A stretch of 64,000 bases of DNA from Felis catus (GCF_018350175.1 NC_058369.1:5334001-5398000); one strand, 5' to 3'. Shown: positions 37,858 to 50,889, counted from the stretch's first letter. Program-made: numbers and translations. Notes: generated from the letters alone by a model not told the origin.

Positions 37858-40390
37858 TAGATGTTTAAAATGGGCAAAAGACTTGAGAGGCGCCTGGGTG
37901 GCTCAGTCAGTTAAGTGTCCAACTTTGGCTCAGGTCATGATCTCACAGTTCATGGGCTTGAGCCCCACATTGGACTCTGTGCTGACAGTGTAGAGCCTAC
38001 TTGGGATTCGCACTCTCTCCTCTCTGTCTGCCCCTACCCCGCCACCGCTTATAGTCTTGCTCTCTCTCAAAATAAATAATAAACTTTTTTTTTTAATGAG
38101 CAAAATGGGGCGCCTGGGTGGCGCAGTCGGTTAAGCGTCCGACTTCAGCCAGGTCACGATCTCGCGGTCCGTGAGTTCGAGCCCCGCGTCAGGCTCTGGG
38201 CTGATGGCTCAGAGCCTGGAGCCTGTTTCCGATTCTGTGTCTCCCTCTCTCTCTGCCCCTCCCCCGTTCATGCTCTGTCTCTCTCTGTCCCAAAAATAAA
38301 TAAACGTTGAAAAAATAATAATAAAATAAAATAAAATAAAATGGGCAAAAGACTTGAACAGACATTTCTTCAAAGAAGAGGTGTGTGTGTGTGTGTGTGG
38401 CCAACAAGCACATGAAAAAATGTTCAACATCATTAGTCATTAAGGGAATGCAAATTAAAATTACAATAACATACACTCATACCCTCTAGGATGGCTATAA
38501 TTTTAAAATGAAAAATAAAGGGGTGCCTGGCTGGCCCAGTTGGTAAGCATATGGCTCTTGATCTCAGGGTTGTGAGTTTGATCCCATGTTGGGTGTAGAG
38601 ATTACTTAAAAATAAAATCTTTTTTGGGACACCTGCATGGCTCAGTCGGTTAAGCATCCAACTTCGGCTCAGGTCATCATCTCAAAGTTTGTGAGTTTGA
38701 GACCCTCATCAGGCTCTGTGCTGACAGTTCGGAGCTTGGAGCCTGCTTCAGATTCTGTGTCTCCCTCTCTCCCTGCTCATGCTCTCTCTCTCAAAAATAA
38801 ACATTAAAAAAATTAAAAATAAAATATTTTTAATGGAAAATAAGTGTTGGTTAGGATGTAAATAAATTGGAATCCTTGTGGAAACGTACAATGGTGCAAC
38901 CACTTTCACAAGGGTGAAAAATTGTTCGGTGGTTCATCAAAAAGTTAAATGCAAAATTACCATATAACCCAGCAATTCAATCCCTAAGTATATACCAAAA
39001 AGGGTTAAAAACAGATATTTAAACAAAAGCATGTACATGAATGTTCATAGCAGCACTATTCATACTCACCAAAAGGTGGAAATAGCCCAAATATCTATCA
39101 GTGGGTGAATGAACAAATCAAATATGGTATATCTATACAGTGGAGTGTTATTCAGCCATAGAAATGCAGTGCTGATATATACTACAACATGGATGAATCT
39201 TGAAAGCATTATACCAAGTAAAAGAATTTAGACACAAAAGGTTATATAGGGACACCTGGGGGCTCAGTGGGTTAAACATCTAACTTTGGTTCAGGTCATG
39301 ATACAGCTCGTGAGTTCGAGCCCTGTGTGGGGCTCTCTGCTGTCAGCACAGAGCCCACTTCATATTGCATTATTTCATTTATGTGAAACATTTAAAATAG
39401 GTAAATGAATAGAGACAGAAAGCAGATTAGTGCTTGCCAGAGTATGGGGGGAATGGGCATGCTTAATGGGCATGGAGTCCCCTTTTGGGATGATGAAAAT
39501 GTTTTGAAAATAGATAGAGGCAATGGTTGTGCAACATTGTGAATGTATTAAACACCATTGAATTGTACAGTTTAAAATGGCTAATTTTATATTATGTGAA
39601 ATCTACTTGAATAAAAAAGTCAGATTTTCAGATTGAATAAAAAAGCAAGACCCAGTTCTATGATGCTGCCTATAATAAATGTACTTTAATGTTTACTTAT
39701 TTTTGAGGGGAGGGTGCAGAAAGAGAGGGAGACACAAAATCCAAAGCAGGCTCCAGGCTCTAAGCTGTCAGCACAGAGCCCGATGCGGGGCTCGAACTCA
39801 CGGACCGTGAGATCATGACCCTGAGCCAAAGTCAGACACTTCACCGACTAAGCGACCCAGGCACCTCAAATGTATTTTAAATACAATGGCATAAACAGGT
39901 AAAATTATGGAACAAAATATGCCATGCTAATACCAGTCAAAAGAAAGTTTAAAGCTGCATCAATAAAGGAGAAAGTATATTTAAGAACAAATATGATGCA
40001 CCCATACAGTAAGATACTGCTTGATATCTATTATAAACTTGATAAACTAAGAGTACATGCAACAAGAATGAATCTCAGAATAACAATGTTGAGTGAAAGA
40101 AGCTATACAAAAACAGAGTATATACTCTGCAATTCCATTTATATGAAACTCCAGAAAATGCAAACTGATCTATGGTGACAAAGCGGATCAGTGACTGCTT
40201 GGAAAAGATGGGATAAAGGAGTGACAAAGAAGCAGAAGGAAACTATTGGGAGTGATGTGCACTTTCACTGCCTCGATAGTGGTAATTGTTGTACACACAT
40301 ATACATAAGTCAAAACTCATCAGAGTTTACACTTTAAATATGTAACCACCTTGTTGTATGTTGATTTTACCTCAATAAAGCTGTTAAAAT
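34815..40390 (+). mobile_element. Mosaic of older L1 3' ends with nested younger L1 and SINEs
   Basis: Several L1 3'UTR ends (CTCAATAAAGCTG at ~35410 and ~40372; TGAATAAAAA at ~39610) and ORF2 remnants. Confidence 0.8.
35989..37862 (+). mobile_element. 5'-truncated carnivore L1 ending in (GATA)n instead of poly(A)
   Basis: ORF2 C-terminal part similar to 12640-14178, 3'UTR, (GATA)n at ~37800-37860, flanks AAAATGGG(A/C)AAAAG. Confidence 0.92.
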
Positions 40391-40604
40391 ATTTTTTAAG
40401 TTGACTATTGCCTAATAGCTGGATATTTATCCACAAGAAATTAAAGTAAGCACCTTTCCCCAAAAAAATATTAAGTGTTTATTGACAAAATAACCAGACC
40501 CTGTTCAAGAGCAGGCATCTTCATAAGACTCAAAGTTAACAAATATTTTATAAATACTGTTAAATTTCACATACATACCCCTTACCGTTCAAAGGAGCAA
40601 CTCA

Positions 40605-40815
40605 GGGGCGCCTGGGTGGCGCAGTCGGTTGGGCGTCCGACTTCAGCTCCGGTCACGATCTCGCGGTCCGTGAGTTCGAGCCCCGCATCGGGCTCTGGGT
40701 TGATGGCTCAGAGCCTGGAGCCTGTTTCCGATTCTGTGTCTCCCTCTCTCTCTGACCCTCCCCCGTTCGTGCTCTGTCTCTCTCTGTCTCAAAAATAAAT
40801 AAACGTTAAAAAAAA

Positions 40816-40848
<33 letters not shown>
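40605..40848 (+). mobile_element. Young SINEC_Fc with long A tail
   Basis: TSD CAAAGGAGCAACTCA. Confidence 0.93.
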
Positions 40849-41498
40849 CAAAGGAGCAACTCATATTTTCAAGAATCTGGTGGTCTTCCATATATTCTCT
40901 GGCCCAACCACCATCCCAGCACACATACACACACACTAAACCTATAAAAATGAGGAGGTCACTGCTTCATATAGTCACACAGTGTCTTGGGGGCTGTCTT
41001 TGGCCTCAGAGAACCATGGGTTCAAGTCACAGCTCTACCACTTTCTGGAAGTGTGACCACCTGTAAGTTATTTTCCCTCTTGAATCTTGTTTGTCTTACA
41101 CATAAACATCACGAAATTCCTACATCTCAAAAGCCATTGTTAAGGACAGAATCACATTCATTTAGCAGGTAAAATGGTCAACAAGTGCTCATTAGTACTA
41201 ATATAATTATCAACAGGGAGATCTCAACTTTACAAAGCAGGGCCCTCCATTCATGTAAATATTGCTAAAGAATAGAGGCAGAATCTACTACAAGTGAGTG
41301 GGACAGCTACCTTTGCTTTCCACAAATCCATGGAAGAAAACATGAACCCAACAAGTCATAGGATGGGAAGAAGCTGGACAGGCCCTTAGCCTTGACTATA
41401 AGGCCCTGGCAGCTGGACCACAAATTGGTGCTTTGGGGAAATGGGAACGGGGGAATGAAGAACTGCTGGGATCACGCCAGCAACCCCCTGGGTGGTCA

Positions 41499-42440
41499 TC
41501 ACTTTGGCCTGAGCCCAGCTCTGCTGAGCATTTTGACCAAAGCCATCCGCACCTCCCGATTTCTCAGACTGTAGATAAGGGGGTTGAGTGTGGGAGTGAC
41601 AAGGCTGTAGAATAGGGAGACCACGTTGTCCTGGTGTGGGCTGTGGTAGGCACCCGGCACCATGTACATGAACACAGCAGCACCATAAAAGAGTCCCACT
41701 ACCATGATGTGCGAGGAGCAGGTGGTGAAGGCCTTGTTTCTGGCCTCCTCAGACCGCATGCGTATAACGGCGCCCAACACGTGGCCATAGGAGATGGCGA
41801 TGAGGGAAAGGGGAAGGACAAGGATCAGCACCCCGGAGGTGGACAGCGCCAACTCGTAGGCCGAGGTGTCTGCACAGGAGAGCTTCAGCAGGGCTGGCAC
41901 CTCGCAGAAGAAGTGGTCCAGGATGCGGGAGGCACAGTAGGGGAAGTGCAGAGTGATGGAGGTCTGGATGGAGGCATTGAGCACACCTGCCAGCCAGGAG
42001 GAACCCACCATGAGCAGGCACACCTGACGCCTCATGAGCACAGGATACTGTAGAGGGTGACACACAGCAACATAACGGTCATAGGCCATGAGGGCCAACA
42101 GGATGCCCTCAGCCACACCCAACAGGGTCAGGAAGAATATTTGAGCTGCACAACCCTCAAAGGAGATGGAACCTTCTCCCTGCAGGAAGTGGGATGCCAT
42201 CTTGGGGATGGCGACCAGGGGAAAGCCAACATCAAACACAGAGAGCTGACTGAGAAGAAAGTACATGGGTGTGTGGAGCCGGGAGTCCATGCGGATCAGG
42301 AAGAGCAGAATGGTATTGCCCAGGAGGCCCACGGTAAACGTGGCAGCCACCAGGGAGAAGAGTAGCTGACGTGAACCTGAGTGACTGAAGAGGCCCACTA
42401 GAATGAAGTCAGAGGTCACTGACTGATTCGCATCCCCCAT
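41499..42440 (-). CDS. OR2Z1: Olfactory receptor family 2 subfamily Z member 1 (313 aa, intact)
   Basis: OR motifs LHTPMYFLL, MAYDRYVAVCHPLQY, HFFCE, KAFTTCSSH and PTLNPLIYSLRN; N-terminus matches recalled OR2Z1; adjacent to ACTL9; acceptor TTCCTACAG| 21 nt upstream of the ATG. Confidence 0.95.
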   Translation of the reverse strand: MGDANQSVTSDFILVGLFSHSGSRQLLFSLVAATFTVGLLGNTILLFLIRMDSRLHTPMYFLLSQLSVFDVGFPLVAIPKMASHFLQGEGSISFEGCAAQIFFLTLLGVAEGILLALMAYDRYVAVCHPLQYPVLMRRQVCLLMVGSSWLAGVLNASIQTSITLHFPYCASRILDHFFCEVPALLKLSCADTSAYELALSTSGVLILVLPLSLIAISYGHVLGAVIRMRSEEARNKAFTTCSSHIMVVGLFYGAAVFMYMVPGAYHSPHQDNVVSLFYSLVTPTLNPLIYSLRNREVRMALVKMLSRAGLRPK

Positions 42441-44306
42441 GTTTCACACAACGTACTTTTGCTGTAGGAAGGATACCAATGGCAAGATGCCTGGGTGGGG
42501 ATGGCAAATAAGTTTCTACCCATGTGCCAACTGCCTCCACTTGGTATTGGCTGCCTGGAGAAGTATTACAAGGTCACAGCTAGAATCAGCAGTTGGAAAT
42601 GCCATAATCAGTGAATGACGTCTGTCACAGGCATGGGATGGGACAACAACAATTTGCATCTCTGAACAAGATATTTGGCCACACCCTAGTAAAGAGCAAC
42701 ACACTGATTCTTGAGGTCCAAACATTGAAGTCCAAGTCAAAGACGGTAACTCAGCTCCAGTAGAATGTTTCAATACCTCTCCTTCCAATGGTCCTGGGGC
42801 CAAAGCAGAGGTGAGATTCCAAAAAGGCTGGGTGGTGAAATGGAGGGTGATGGAGCCAAAGCAATAAACCAAGGAAGAAAACAGAGAAAGGTCTAGGTCC
42901 AAGAGCCTGGATGAGAATATGGGGGAAAGAGAAATCAATGATGAGTCTGTACTGGGTCAAACTGAGGGTATGAATCTCCAGAGGGCGTGAGCCACAGAGG
43001 GTGGCAGGTTGGGGAACCAAACAGCCTGGAGTTGGGTGGGGAGAGGAGTTGTCAGTCAGCTCAGCTGTTATTGGTGATTTTGTTGCATTGGGTGAAGAGT
43101 AGTGACCTGTGGACAGTCTGGCTCAATTTCAAGTAAGGTACCAGGCCCAGAAGTTTGTGTCTAATATCACCTGGGCGAATGAGGCAGACAAAAAAGAGGA
43201 CCACGGGTTAGAGGGAGCTACACGCTTAAACTGGGAATACTTGATTGTCCTGGCACCCTCCAAGCCTCCGGGCAAACCGAGCTTGCCCTGGAATCCCATG
43301 CACCACCCACAACTCCAACAGTGGACAGTGCAAGACCAAAAGAATGTCTATTCCCAACTGCAGGTAATTAGAGAATCAACAAGACTGGCCATTTCAGGGC
43401 AAGTGGATTTTCAGAGGGCCTCACTGGAGCTCTTTTTCCTAAGGCTGCCATCCTCACTCAGAAGGCCTTAAAGGCTGTTTAATTATCCATCATCCTGATT
43501 TTCCCATCACATCCAAGCTCCCAACCTACCATTCACCCATGCATTCAATAAAATTGGGCCTAAGATAAGCTGGGCATAAGATATCCAGAGGCGAAGCACC
43601 CTAGGCAAGGTCCCTCTACCTGCACCCCACATACTCCATCAGGATACTGATGACAAACAAGGAGATAAATGGACAAGATCTTTGTGATAGAGGGAAAGTA
43701 CATTGAGGGAAGTGAATAGGATGTTCTGTAGGAAATGACGGCTAACACCACAGGGCACAGTCAGAGAAGTGTCTTGGGACAGATGCCCTCAGTATCTGAA
43801 GAGCTTCTAGAGAGGGATGCTGTGTCAGGGAACCAACTGCCTCCTGATACTGGGAGGTGAATGTTAGTGAAGCCAGATGGGTGCTTCACCCTAACAAAGA
43901 ACTTTCTAACTGTGAAATCCAACCAAAAATGGAACGGGCTGCCTCACTGGCAGCATTTTCCAAAGTCAGTTGATGATGTTAGGAAGTTAAGATAACAGTC
44001 CTGTGGTTATAAAAGTTAGAGTTGGAGAAGGAAAGTGAGCATTGATCAAATCATCTCAGAATAGTCTCATCAACAACATAATGGAGACACATGCGTGAGG
44101 CTTTGGGTACCAAGGGGATGAAATTCTGCCTGGGGTGGGGTCAGAGAGGACTTCACAGAGGAGGCATTGGAGTTGGGTTTTGAAGATCAGGTAGGAGTTT
44201 TACAGGCAGACAGAAGAAGGAAAGTTGTTCCAGGCAGGAGAAATAGAGCACACAGAATTAGTGCTTAGGAGGGTGTACCCAAGGGTCGGATTCAAATGAG
44301 CTTGGA

Positions 44307-44556
44307 GGGGCGCCTGGGTGGCTCGGTCGGTTAAGCGTCGGACTTCGGCTCAGGTCACGATCTCGCGGTCCGTGAGTTCAAGCCCCGCGTCGGGCTCCGT
44401 GCTGACAGCTCAGAGCCTGGAGCCTGTTTCAGATTCTGTGTCTCTCTCTCTCTCTCTGCCCCTCCCCCGTTCATGCTCTGTCTCTCTCTGTCTCAAAAAT
44501 AAATAAACGTTAAAAAAAATTTTTTTTAATAAATAAATAAAATAAAATAAAATAAA
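44307..44556 (+). mobile_element. Can-SINE
   Basis: TSD AAATGAGCTTGGA. Confidence 0.92.
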
Positions 44557-45083
44557 ATGAGCTTGGATCCCAGCTCAACTAGTTTGTGGCGTCTCGACCT
44601 TGGGTATCTACTTAACCTCAGTTTATTCATCCATCAAATAGGTGACAGTAATCTATGTTAAAGCACAGTTGTAAAGATTAAAGGATGAATGTTCAGAGCT
44701 CAGTGCCTGGCATGTGGCAAGTGCTCAATAAATATATATAAATTGATATAATTTACATAAATATAATTATACATAAAATCTACAAATTATATAATTGTTA
44801 TAGAATTATTACTAATTCTCTAGAGAGGAAATTCATTAGAGATTGCTAGTTGTGCTTAGCACAAGGCCAGGCCCATAAAACCTTCTCAGTGCTGGCTGAT
44901 TGTTATTATTACTCAACATTGTGGCTCCTTCCATGGTCTGACCCTGTCCAGCTCCGTCAATCTCTTTAGTGCTTCTCTGTGATGCCCTCGTCCTGTGTAG
45001 AAACCCACCTGCCCCTTTTCTGGCCTCTAAGATCCCTTAGCAGCATCTCCCAAACTCCACTCAACCCCAGATCCATTAGCCTA

Positions 45084-45297
45084 CAGCAGGGTTTTTCCAC
45101 CGTGGCGTTATCTGGGGACAGATAATTTTTTGTGGTGGGAAACTGTTCTGTGCATTGTATGAAGTTTAGCAGCATCCCTGGATCTCAACCCATGAGATGC
45201 CAAGAGCATCCCCCACCACTGCCTCTCATCATGAAAACCAAAACTGGCTCCATATGTCCCCAGGGAGGCAGAATCACCCCTTGTTGAGAACCTCTGG
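45084..45297 (+). mobile_element. hAT-Charlie MITE (MER20/MER3-like)
   Basis: CAGCAGGGTTTTTC..GATAATTTTTTGTGGTGGG..TTTAGCAGCATCCCTGG..TGAGAACCTCTG. Confidence 0.7.
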
Positions 45298-45610
45298 CTT
45301 AAAGACAGGATAATTGTAACCTGTACATTTTCCTCAATTCCTCTTCCAGATGTTTATTCTTAAATTGGATTAAGCTCAGACCCCGCATAAATCCTGGGAA
45401 TATCTTACTATTTCCATGACTCCATACAGAAAAAAAATTAATTCTTGCAATTTTTCTGCCATCTTATAGCCATCCAACCCCCCCCCCCCCAAACACCAAG
45501 TATCCCAGCCAGTGAAATAGCTTTTACTACAGGCTCCTGTCAAGGGCTATTTAAATGTCCAAATGAACCTGATCTCACTCTGTCACTCACATAGACTCAC
45601 CCTAAAAGAA

Positions 45611-45666
45611 ACTGACACCAATTAAGGACTGACTGACACCAATTAAGGACTGTCCAATTAAGGACT
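45611..45666. repeat. Short tandem repeat with three CCAATTAAGGACT cores
   Basis: Cores at 45618, 45639 and 45654; first period is 21 bp. Confidence 0.9.
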
Positions 45667-48600
45667 CACTTAGCAAGCATCTGGCTAAGTGTTTTGTGTG
45701 CTTAACACTTTAATCTTCGAGTCTTGGAGATCGTTGCACAACAATACGAATGTACTTAATGCTGTGAATAGTACACTTAAAAGTGGTTAAAACTGTAAAT
45801 TTGTTACATGTATTTTATCACAATTTGACCCCTGCCTGTAGGCATTGTTTTATCTGCATTTTTTTTTACAAGAAGACATATATGGGTTCAGAGAAGTGTA
45901 GGGAGTTGCCCAGCACCACCCAGCAAAGAAGTAACAGCTGAAATCGGAACAGAATAGGAATCGGATTCCAAAGTCCCTGTTTTCCCCTTTGCATACTGCA
46001 CACTCCCCCAAGCACCATAATACACATTTCAGAATTTGTTACACATATTTACATACTCAGTCCTGTGTGCCCCCAAACGAGCCTTTCCTTCGAGGGTGCC
46101 CAGATGTTCCCCCCTGTTATGCAAACAATTCCTGGGTTTTTGGTATCTTGGTGGCCGGAGATTCTGGTTGTGATCCCCTTGTGTCCTGAGCTTTTGACAA
46201 ACTCGTTCCCCTCAAGACCTCTTCCTGAAGAAGATTGCCATCCACCAAACCTCTGCCCTGCAAGTGAGACAGGCAGGGGTGGGCAGAGGTAGCCACGAGT
46301 CACTCAAATCTGGGCTGGATCACCTGGGACTCTTAAATCAGTACTTTTCTTCTGGCTTGAAGAGAAGCCCTTTGGGCAAGTTTCCAAGATGCTCCTTCAC
46401 CACTTCCTTTCCCCACTGTCCTCAGTAATGCCAAAATGTGGGTCTGGGGCGGGGGGGGGGGGTCTCTTTGCTGACGCCAAGAGACCAAGGAAAAGACACT
46501 GGCATTATTCACCTTCCTGTTGCCCATACAATTTCCCATCTCTCCACCATGACTAGACATGATCTGGGCCCTTGGTAACCTAGCTACTCAAATGACAGTT
46601 TGCAGGACCCTGCCATTTACATTTACATTGAATGAATCCTCACATTCGATTACACCAGCTCAAGGATCCACAGCAGAGCTCGCTCAATAAATACTTGTTG
46701 AGTGTATCCATCCTGTAAGGGAAGCGATATTTTTGTTGGAACTAATGTTACCGATACATGGGCTGAGGAAGGGGATGTGACTTACCGAAAGTCACACAGC
46801 TACTGAGAGGGCAGGCTAGGATTTGGAGTCAGCACATCCCTGGAAGTAAGTGGTTTCTTTCTTGCAGTCGATGCTCAGCTCTTGCGTCCAGGAAGTCAGA
46901 ACTGAGAACTCCTTTGGGGAGGATCCCTGCTGTGGATGGCCAGTCCTCAGGAGGGAAGCTGAGGGTGCCCCCAACCCATGCCAGATGGGTGGTTCTGACC
47001 AAGGTCAGGGGCCCATGTCTGGCTGCTTCCAACAGCTTTTATGGAAAGTCAACACGAGATGACCTTCAACATGGAGTGAACATCCACATGGATCACCTGC
47101 CATCTAGAGGCCTGGCCACCTTGGGTTCATAGCAGTGAAGACAGACAAGGAAAGAATAACACTCAGTATAACAACTTCCTGCAGGTTGGCAAAAGTCAAA
47201 GACGTGGACAAGAACTCATCCTTCCATCCAATACCCGTCAACCCAACATGTCTACGGAAAACAATATCAGCAGCTCTTCAGATCCATCCTGCCACTAATG
47301 TCTAATGTCTAAACCATGCCTGGAGCTTCAACATCTGCACAAACCTGGGCTACCCAGCAGGGTCTGCATGTGGCATGAAGGACCTTTCTCAATACCCCAT
47401 AAGCATGTCAACACCTCTCATTCTAGGATAGCCACCGATAAAATCTCCCTCGATTCCAGCATCAACCAGTGCTGCCTGTCTATGCAGAAACAGACATCAT
47501 CATCTGGGGAATAGATGTCATTATCTGGGGGTGGGGACCCCATGGAGACCTGTCGCATCAGAAACCCCTATCTGCGAGAGAGGAAATTAGTTGCAGTGGG
47601 AGCCTAGAGCCCTAGATATTTTGTCCCTGGAGGCTGTGGAAAAATACTCATCTCTCAACTACAGGAAGGATGGGCAGCACTGATGTTGGTAAATGGATGT
47701 AACAGATGTCCAAGTGTTTTTGTTTGGGTCTAACCAGGAGGAGTAGATGAGGAATCCATTGCTGCAAATGGATCCCATGCTCAAAAAAAAAAAAATTTCT
47801 TTTTCATGTCCAGGAGGTTTCTTCTGAGTTAAATAATGAGGCAGCTATGGTGGTAAAACGCCCAAGAGGCAACTTCCCTGGGTGGAGGCATTTCCTCCTC
47901 TAGGGGCCTCCAAGACTCAGGAGATGCAATGATCCAAAGACAGATGGTTCTAGTGCCTGTGAGCTTATTGTGTATCCACAGCTGAGCCAAGAGAAAGGGG
48001 AGAGCCCAGAGAGCCAAGCTACCTTAGGCAGGGATGCCCAGTGCAGGAAGCCACAGACAAGCCTCCCGAGGCCAAGTGAGTGACCGGGAGTGTTGCTCAA
48101 ACCAAAGCTGAGTCAGAAAGATGGAAACTAGTGGAATCAGGATAGAAGCAGGAATGAGTGACCTGGGTTAAGGACTTGATATATAGCAGGCAACTACCAG
48201 CCAATTCCTTGTGCCGTGCCACCTGCCGTACATCCAAGCCCAAGGCAGGCATTAGTAATTGGCCTCATGGCTTTCTACTTCTGAGCCTGGATGGAGCTTC
48301 CCAACTCGGCACGCCAAACAGTCAGCCCTTACAAATTGGATTTGACATTCTCCATGAAATTTTTCCAAGCAGATACTAGACCAGTACTCAAAGCAGTTGT
48401 GACAGTCTGTATGGAGACAAGGAGTTTGCACCAGAAAGTTATTCAACACACTGCTCCCTTAACTGAGAACATCTTCCTCTGGAAGAAATGTCAGCTGAAC
48501 TAAGTCATAGTTATATTGTTCATTTACAGTCTGCTTCAAGGTCCTGTTTTCCTCAAGGGCCACATCAGTTCATGGGCTACGCTTGGAGTAACACTGCCAC

Positions 48601-48805
48601 AGACCGTGAGTTCCTTGACAGCAAGACTCCTGCGATTACTCATTTCTGTGTCACTGGTACCCAAAGCACATGGACACATGGATGTTTATGGAACAGGAAG
48701 GGCTGGAACAGACAGGATTTGGGGCAGAGAAATCAAGATATGGAGTAGTGGGGAGTGGGTCTTGAATCCTCAACGCCTAGCATGTTGAACTGCATCAAGA
48801 GTGGA

Positions 48806-50155
48806 TGGAAAGAAGGAAGGAGGGAGGGAGGGAGGGAGGGAGGGAGGGAGGAAGGAAGGAAGGAAGGAAGGAGAGAGAGAGAGAAGGAGAGAAGGAAGGA
48901 AGGAGGGAAGGAAGGAAGAAATGAAGGAAGGAGGGAGGGAAGGAATAAAGGCATGAAGGAGTGAGGGAGAGAGAGAAGGAGGGAAGGAAGGAGGGAGGGA
49001 GGGAAGGAAGGAGGGAGGGAAGGAAGGAGGGAAAGGAGGAATAAAGGAATGAAGGAGTGAGGGAGAGAGAGAAGGAGGGAAGGAAGGAAGGAGGGAGGGA
49101 GGGAGGGAGGGAGGGAAGGAAGGAAGGAAGGAAGGAAGGAAGGAAGGAAGGAAGGAAGGAGGGAAGGGAGGGAGGAAGGAAGAAGGAAGGAAGGAAGGAA
49201 GGAAGGAAGGAAGGAAGGAAGGAAGGAAGGAAGGAAGGAAAGAAGGAAGGAAGGAAGGAGGGAAAGAAGGAAGAAGGGAAGGAAGGAAGGAGGGAAGGAA
49301 GGAAGAAGGGAGGGAGGGAAGGAAGGAGGGAAGGAAGGAGGGAGGGAGGGAAGGAAGGAGGGAGGGAGGGAAGGAAGGAGGGAAAGGAGGAATAAAGGAA
49401 TGAAGGAGTGAGGGAGAGAGAGAAGGAGGGAAGGAAGGAAGGAGGGAGGGAGGGAGGGACGGAAGGAAGGAAGGAAGGAAGGAAGGAGGGAGGGAAGGAA
49501 GGAGGGAAAGAAGGAAGAAGGGAAGGAAGGAAGGAGGGAAGGAAGGAAGAAGGGAGGGAGGGAGGGAAGGAAGGAAGGAAGGAGGGAGGAAGGAAGGAGG
49601 GAGGGAGGGAGAGAAGGAGGGAAGGAAGGAAGGAGGGAGGGAAGGAAGGAGGGAGGGAAGGAAGGAAGGAGGGAAGGAAGGAGGGAGGGAAGGAAGAAGG
49701 GAAGGGAGTAAGGAAGAAGGAAGGAAGGAAGGAAGGAAGGAAGGAAGGAAGGAAAGAAGGAAGGAAGGAGGGAGGGAAGGAAGGAGGGAGGGAGGGAAGG
49801 AGGGAGGGAAGGAAGAAGGGAAGGGAGTAAGGAAGAAGGAAGGAAGGAAGGAAGGAAGGAAGGAAGGAAAGAAAGAAGGAAGGAAAGAAGGAAGGAAGGA
49901 GGGAGGGAAGGAAGGAGGGAGGGAGGGAAGGAGGGAGGGAAGGAAGGAGGGAGGGAAGGAAGGAAGGAGGGAGGGAGGGAGGGAGGGAAGGAAGGAAGGA
50001 AGGAAGGAAGGAAGGAAGGAGGGAGAGAGAGAAGGAGGGAAGGAAGGAGGGAGGGAGGGAGGGAGAAAGGAAGGAGGGAGGGAAGGAGGGAGGGAGAGAG
50101 AGAGAGAAGGAGGGAAGGAAGGAAGGAGGGAGGGAGGGAAGGAAGGAAGGAAGGA
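48806..50155 (+). repeat. ~1.35-kb (GGAA/GGGA)n polypurine tract
   Basis: Almost entirely purine on the + strand, with higher-order internal duplications. Confidence 0.98.
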
Positions 50156-50701
50156 GCCATGCTTAAAGTAATTTGCCCTTTTATGTTGACAAGCCATCAT
50201 CCCCTTTTTCTTTGAAGGAGATAAGCCTAAGATTATGGAAATCGCTAGAAAATAATTATGAAACAGCGAGTCTTTTCTCAGTTTTTCTAACTTTTTACCT
50301 GAAAATTTTTAAAAGTGCAGAAAAGCACATCCATATATCTCTCACCATTTCTTCTCTCTTTATATGCACATAAACACACAAACACACACTTCTTTTATTG
50401 AGATGAAACTCACATAAGCACACAATTAATACTTTTAAAGAGTACAATTCGGTGGGACTTAGTACATCCACAGTGCTGTGCACCCATCACCTTGATCTAG
50501 TTCCAAAACATTTTTGTCCTCCCAAGGAGACCCCATGCTCATGAAACAGTCACTCCCATTAACCCCAGACTGCTGTCTGTATCTACAGATTTTACCTATT
50601 GTGGATATTCCATATTAATAGAATCATACAATCGGTGACCTTTTGCATCTGAATTCTTTTGCTCAGCATAATATTTTTGAGGCCCATCCATGTTGTAGCA
50701 T

Positions 50702-50887
50702 TGTTACAGGCTGAATCATATCCCCTTAAAATTCATATGTGGAAATTCTAAACCACCCCCCTCCAGGACATCGGAACATGATTGTCTTTAGAGATAAGGT
50801 CTTTAAATGACTAATTAAATTGAAATGAGATCATTAGGGCAGGCCCTAATTCAATAAGACCTGGGTCCTTATACCAGAGGAGATTAG
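50702..50887 (+). mobile_element. MaLR (MLT1-like) LTR 5' fragment
   Basis: TGTTACAGGCTGAAT..CCCCTTAAAATTCATATGT..ATGAGATCATTAGGG..GGCCCTAAT. Confidence 0.75.
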
Positions 50888-50889
50888 CT

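Noticed and set aside
45611..45666. CRISPR-like repeat array
   Set aside because: No unique spacers, mammalian context; it is a simple tandem duplication
47340..47535. Possible ancient RT-like peptide (VYAETDIIIWG) with a short duplication
   Set aside because: No YxDD motif or other ordered RT motifs; would need a Dfam/HMM search
48733..50200. 475-476 aa Pro/Ser/Leu/Phe ORFs and Glu/Gly/Arg/Lys ORFs
   Set aside because: Translations of the GGAA/GGGA simple repeat, which lacks stop codons by composition
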